From: Ignavibacteriota bacterium
Lineage (GTDB): Bacteria > Bacteroidota > Ignavibacteria > UBA10030
Direction: 5' to 3'
Length of the DNA: 64,000 nucleotides
NCBI GenBank assembly: GCA_963701295.1
Contig: OY969585.1
Span: 3,552,001 to 3,616,000 of the forward strand
Below the pieces are notes generated by a model that worked only from the letters and a program-made list of their open reading frames with translations, had not been told where the DNA came from and searched no databases. This document shows positions 59,624 through 64,000 of this stretch, piece by piece. The stretch's first letter is position 1, and each line of letters begins with the position of its first letter. The position numbers were made by a program, and so were the translations under genes.

Positions 59624-61543
59624 TCAACTCAAGTGCGTAGAATCGTGAATGTCATAATTTGGATCACTTTCCAGTTTAGTGAAATATAACTCATTGATGA
59701 TTTTCGAGCGGACTAAAATATCGTCTATGTTTCTTTCTGGAAAATATTGTAGATAAAACATAACATACTGAAGAACCGAATCAACAATCTCGTTTAATCG
59801 CATCCCATAATGCACATTGTATTCGTGATCATATTCGGCGCTATGAACGATTTTATTTCTGAATCTATAGATAGTAGTCAACTCAAATTTCAATCTCTCT
59901 TTTTCCTTTAAAAGCAGTTTTAAGAGTGCCTTTTTGTTTTGACTAAGCATTAGAATCTCATTTGCTCTTTCAACAACATACCGGTCACGCACATACTTTG
60001 TTATCTCAGGAATATCTTTACAAAACATCTTATAGCTCCAATGATATACACCTATATTATAGTCTAAACCATATTTTGAGGCTAACTTTTCGTCATCTAT
60101 TTTTAAATACCCGTTAGCGACCTGACTTTGTAGTAGTGCGAATAAATTGCCCTGCAATTCATCAAAATATTTATTTAAACAAATTGCGGGAATATATTTC
60201 AGAATTGCATCTATTACTTTATCTCCCTTCCTTCGGACCAAATATTCTAAGGCAATCCACAAACTCATAAAATGTTCTTCAAAATGTTTCGCCTCTTTCG
60301 CTTTATGAACCCAATGCAAAGCCTGATAGATCCTATTGTTTGATAATACTTCAGACTTTAATCCATAATTTTTACCTTGCTGCTCAACGAATTCAATATC
60401 ATCCTTGTGGAGAGCGACTATATCAACGCCCTCATAATAAGATTTGTATTTTGGCAATCCTTCCCAAAGATCAGGCATTTGATGGATTGCCTGATCCGAA
60501 GTGTTTAATAGTGCCCAAGATTTTGATACATCAATTTTTCCAGAATTAGTGTTTGAATAATTGTATCGATATTTCAGGAAGTCAGTAGATTTATAGATCT
60601 CACGTTTTGCCTCGGAGAGAATATTAAAACAGTCGATACCCTCGCCAACAAATGACGCTCGTAAAAAGGGTTTATTGCGCTCTTCTTTCTCTAAAGATGT
60701 AAACACCCAAATCACCTTATCATCTTCTGATTTTCCTTCTATATCAAGAGGCGGATGAAAATCCACGTCACCAATTCTTATTTGTTCATTTTGCTTTGCA
60801 GATGCACCCAGGATTAAAAACATTGCTTTTGCCTTAAATCTTGGTGCATTGTAGAGACGCAATAGATAATCGAATCTTGCTGCTACCGGTGTGTTTTCTT
60901 CTATGTCATAATCAAGATTTGTCCCCCAATATTTTCCTTTGAAAACCGGCAGACTCTGATTGTTTGATATCCGTCCCTTGTTAAAAAGGTTGTTTGGAAT
61001 GTTGATAATAGTGTCAATAGTGAATCCTTTTTCGACTAACTCAACAATCATAAGTTGACTAAGAATTTTCAATTCTTGTATTGACGGGTTCGGACTTTGA
61101 AAAACTATATTTCTGAGTTTAACAAATATTTCTGTAAAGTATTTTTCTTCGCTTAGTTTGTCTAGTAAGTATTTTGAGAGTAGAATAATCTCAGTGTGGT
61201 TTGTCTCGTTTTTTGTTGTTGTATTTATTGATTTGACCAGTTGACCAAGTTCAGTGTTGAACATTTTCATTGCAATTGAATCGAAAGATTTTGCATAATT
61301 GAGTTTAAGATTCAATTGCTCTTTGATACCAACAATAGATTTTTCCTTGGATGTTGAAAAACAGACATCTTCAATGATCTGTTTCAGAACTATCCTAAGA
61401 CTTATCGGTTCAAAGCGGTAGAAATAATGATTTCGTTCATCTTCCCAAAGATTTGACCATACTTTTGACCACAATTTGAGATTGCTAGGAGCCTCGACTG
61501 TTTTGTAGCCATCCCAGATGTATGGAGAATTTCTTGACCACAT
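59624..61543 (-). CDS. ApeA-like HEPN-domain protein
   Basis: FMSLWIALE helix and RNKIVH (Rx4H) HEPN motif near the C-terminus. Confidence 0.7.
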   Translation of the reverse strand: MWSRNSPYIWDGYKTVEAPSNLKLWSKVWSNLWEDERNHYFYRFEPISLRIVLKQIIEDVCFSTSKEKSIVGIKEQLNLKLNYAKSFDSIAMKMFNTELGQLVKSINTTTKNETNHTEIILLSKYLLDKLSEEKYFTEIFVKLRNIVFQSPNPSIQELKILSQLMIVELVEKGFTIDTIINIPNNLFNKGRISNNQSLPVFKGKYWGTNLDYDIEENTPVAARFDYLLRLYNAPRFKAKAMFLILGASAKQNEQIRIGDVDFHPPLDIEGKSEDDKVIWVFTSLEKEERNKPFLRASFVGEGIDCFNILSEAKREIYKSTDFLKYRYNYSNTNSGKIDVSKSWALLNTSDQAIHQMPDLWEGLPKYKSYYEGVDIVALHKDDIEFVEQQGKNYGLKSEVLSNNRIYQALHWVHKAKEAKHFEEHFMSLWIALEYLVRRKGDKVIDAILKYIPAICLNKYFDELQGNLFALLQSQVANGYLKIDDEKLASKYGLDYNIGVYHWSYKMFCKDIPEITKYVRDRYVVERANEILMLSQNKKALLKLLLKEKERLKFELTTIYRFRNKIVHSAEYDHEYNVHYGMRLNEIVDSVLQYVMFYLQYFPERNIDDILVRSKIINELYFTKLESDPNYDIHDSTHLS

Positions 61544-61642
61544 ACTCTATCTACTTACCCTAAAAATTCTTTTATATTTTCCCCATATCCACTATGCTTT
61601 GTGGTTGAATGATGGAGATGAAATAACGCATTGAATTAAATG

Positions 61643-62329
61643 TTATGCAATCGGAATCACCTTAACAAGTATATTGGAATAATCAATTAAATATATCTCT
61701 TTAAACCTTTTCTGCTGATTTGTTACTCTATCCAACTGAACCACTAGTCTGCTTATTAATTTACTGTAATAATCTTTTATGGTTTTGTTAAATCTTGATT
61801 CGGTAACGACCAATAAAACATCGATATTAATGTAATTAATGTTTTTCGTTTTCTTTTCAATTGCTTTGATTATTTGGTCACTTTCTTCGTGCAAAGCACT
61901 ATCCTCAGACCGCAGTCCTCTTTTTTGCGATATAGAACCATCTTTATTTCTTTCAAAACGACCGACACCTAGAGAGAATCCTTCTTTTATAAGCTTTTCT
62001 TTTTGAAGTGCGGAATTATAACTAAACGATGCCGTGGTAATCTGAATTGTTTCTATGCAATTATCGTTGCAATCCACTATTTCAGCGTCTATTTTTCTTC
62101 CGTTTTCGCATAGAAATATTAAATAGTTATTGCCAGGATATTTTAAGGAAGAATACAAAGATAAGGGGTAATACTCATCCCAAAAATCTTTAAAAAATCT
62201 ATCTTTCCCTTTCTTTAAGACAAAACTTTCATACTCTTCTCTTGGCACTGAATTAAATATTTCATCGCAAAACAACTTCGCTTCGTTAATATCCCTTTTT
62301 ACTCTTAAAATATTTGCTGAATATTTCAT
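61643..62329 (-). CDS. Hypothetical protein (possible nuclease fold)
   Basis: 228-aa ORF; IDAEI...IQIT could be a divergent PD-(D/E)xK. Confidence 0.55.
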   Translation of the reverse strand: MKYSANILRVKRDINEAKLFCDEIFNSVPREEYESFVLKKGKDRFFKDFWDEYYPLSLYSSLKYPGNNYLIFLCENGRKIDAEIVDCNDNCIETIQITTASFSYNSALQKEKLIKEGFSLGVGRFERNKDGSISQKRGLRSEDSALHEESDQIIKAIEKKTKNINYINIDVLLVVTESRFNKTIKDYYSKLISRLVVQLDRVTNQQKRFKEIYLIDYSNILVKVIPIA

Positions 62330-62360
62330 CTAACCTGTAAGTTTGGTAGTTTAAAAATAT

Positions 62361-63188
62361 TCACGACGAAGAAACGTTTTTCGTGAATTTATCTAAAAGA
62401 TCATTGTAATCTCGATGTTTGAGCAATGTCTCTACAAGCTCTATCTTTCCTTGACTCTTTCTGTATGATGTAATTAGCTCTCTCCAAGAATCATCGTTAT
62501 ACGCTCTGAAAAATGGATTTGCTAGTTCTATCTGTTGGGTCAAAGAACTCATTTCCAACAAATGTGGTTTTACGAAATCTGGAAATGTGCGCCGCTTCAG
62601 ATTATCCGTGAAGAACTCAAACGATCTTATATGAATTGAATGTTCATCAGAAAAATGATTTCTTCTCTCTAACCATTGGTGACTGTTTTTTCTTGTTCCT
62701 ATAATAACCGTAAATGTTAATCTTTCAGATGGTATAATGCCACGATTATAAAATGGAAATATTTTATGGAATTCATTTCTGTTCTCTTTGATCCAATCTC
62801 TCCAATTGTCAATCTGTTGAACAGCAGCCATAAGTCTCGCAGAAGGATTCCCCCTTTTGGTATATGGAGGCGTTCCAGGTGTTTCAATCTCTATGAATTC
62901 ATACTGAATGCCTGCGCTTAGGCGATCATAGGTTTTAACAAAATCAACAATAAAATCTGAACCAAGTCTGAGCTTGGAGATGACTATACTTTCATCATCA
63001 AATAACCGCGCTAAGAAGAATCCGGCGTGCTTTGAAAGGAAGCTATGATACACTTCCTCTTTAGCGTTTTCACTCAAGAGTCTGTTCCATTCGTTTTCAA
63101 GTTTTATTACAATGTCCCTTTTTTCACGATGTAGTAGTGACCAAGAATAATAATTATTGTCGGTAGAGCAAGGATTTTTCAATTTCAC
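62361..63188 (-). CDS. DUF4263/Shedu-like nuclease domain protein
   Basis: EEVYHSFL; LGSDFIVDF; IEIETP; AVQQIDNW; VIIG. Confidence 0.72.
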   Translation of the reverse strand: MKLKNPCSTDNNYYSWSLLHREKRDIVIKLENEWNRLLSENAKEEVYHSFLSKHAGFFLARLFDDESIVISKLRLGSDFIVDFVKTYDRLSAGIQYEFIEIETPGTPPYTKRGNPSARLMAAVQQIDNWRDWIKENRNEFHKIFPFYNRGIIPSERLTFTVIIGTRKNSHQWLERRNHFSDEHSIHIRSFEFFTDNLKRRTFPDFVKPHLLEMSSLTQQIELANPFFRAYNDDSWRELITSYRKSQGKIELVETLLKHRDYNDLLDKFTKNVSSS

Positions 63189-64000
63189 TATTCCTCCACA
63201 ATCTTTATCTCTTCTTCCGTCAAGTCGTATAGCTCATACACACGTTCATCGATTTGACGGTTTAAGGTTTCGCATTGCATTTCGAGACGATTTGCTTCTG
63301 CTTCGGTTTTGGCATTCGATAATTTCTCTTTTGCATCCAACATCTGTTCGACAAATCTCACGATGTGATCGTGGCGAGACTTGTCTTGTGAATCTTTAAA
63401 GTTGATTGTGCGGATGGGAAGCAGTTTAAGATCACCCACTGAAAGCCGCGGGAAGTTATCCTTCACAATTTTATTAGACACTAAAGGATATAGAAAAGAA
63501 AGTAATTTTGAGTTCAAGACACCAAGTAAATATTTTATCGAATAGCTCTCACCATTGATACAAATAATATTTAGAATTGTTTTGTAATTACAATAAGTTT
63601 CTTCTACATAAGTTGCACATATTTTATAATCTCCCTTTCCAGTTATTTCTCTGATTAGGATTCGTGGACCAGACAACCATTCCATTGTTCTATAATCGTG
63701 CAACCAAGGACCATATTTAATCCACTCGCGCTTTTGCCATTGTAGAGTATATCTACCCACATCGCTCCCGGATAATTCCATCAAATATTCCTTACTCAGC
63801 CTTTTGGTTGAATGGAATATACGATCTTCAATTTGTTGCTTTGTATGTTTGCTACTATTATAAGCTTGAGTTCCTAATGATGCTCTTGCTATTTGGCCTA
63901 ATGGCTTTGCTTTTGAGGATATTGACTGAAGTAAAGATTCAATTTTACCCGCTATTCGAGTCTCAAATCGAAACAAGGGATTTATTTCCCATATTTTCTG
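63188..64000 (-). CDS. C-terminal specificity domain of a Type IIG/TaqI-like restriction-modification enzyme (partial)
   Basis: RILIREI; YLLGVLNSKL; LKLLPI; IDERVYELYDLTEEEIKIVE. Confidence 0.85.
   Translation of the reverse strand, partial: QKIWEINPLFRFETRIAGKIESLLQSISSKAKPLGQIARASLGTQAYNSSKHTKQQIEDRIFHSTKRLSKEYLMELSGSDVGRYTLQWQKREWIKYGPWLHDYRTMEWLSGPRILIREITGKGDYKICATYVEETYCNYKTILNIICINGESYSIKYLLGVLNSKLLSFLYPLVSNKIVKDNFPRLSVGDLKLLPIRTINFKDSQDKSRHDHIVRFVEQMLDAKEKLSNAKTEAEANRLEMQCETLNRQIDERVYELYDLTEEEIKIVEE

Larger units (their letters stand above)
51991..64000. mobile_element. tRNA-adjacent AT-rich genomic/defence island (continues past the window)
   Basis: Abrupt switch to AT-rich orphan and defence-like genes right after the tRNA; no integrase within the window. 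Confidence 0.65.

Overview
Probably a Bacteroidota/Ignavibacteria-like chromosome, judged from several T9SS/FlgD-type 'QNYPNPFNP' C-termini. The window has three parts. (1) 1-15665 is a complete integron: intI (14706-15665, +), an attI region (~14436-14510), and at least 8 cassettes read on the minus strand. The cassettes are separated by 7 unusually long attC sites (152-199 bp). Two attC sites are interrupted at the same CTGG by identical IS110/IS1111-family elements. The 3' non-coding end of each element has a readable bridge/seek-RNA: guide segments match the attC target and the element's own circle junction, and apparent 'handshake' dinucleotides are present. (2) 16.5-51.8 kb is mostly core genes: a secreted LTD/PLD protein, mutT-mutY-ogg, yajQ, an amidase, mntH, acsE-like-metV-metF, an ABC transporter, asd-lysC-dapB-dapA, csp, and a CsgG/transglutaminase/T9SS cluster with a divergent CHASE2 cyclase. 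(3) Beyond tRNA(CAT) at 51917-51990 lies an AT-rich island with defence-type genes: a partial Type IIG R-M, a Shedu-like DUF4263 nuclease, a HEPN protein, an Nmad3 pair, a PGN_0703-like nuclease and a UDG-like protein. All family assignments come from motif recognition by eye, with no database search.
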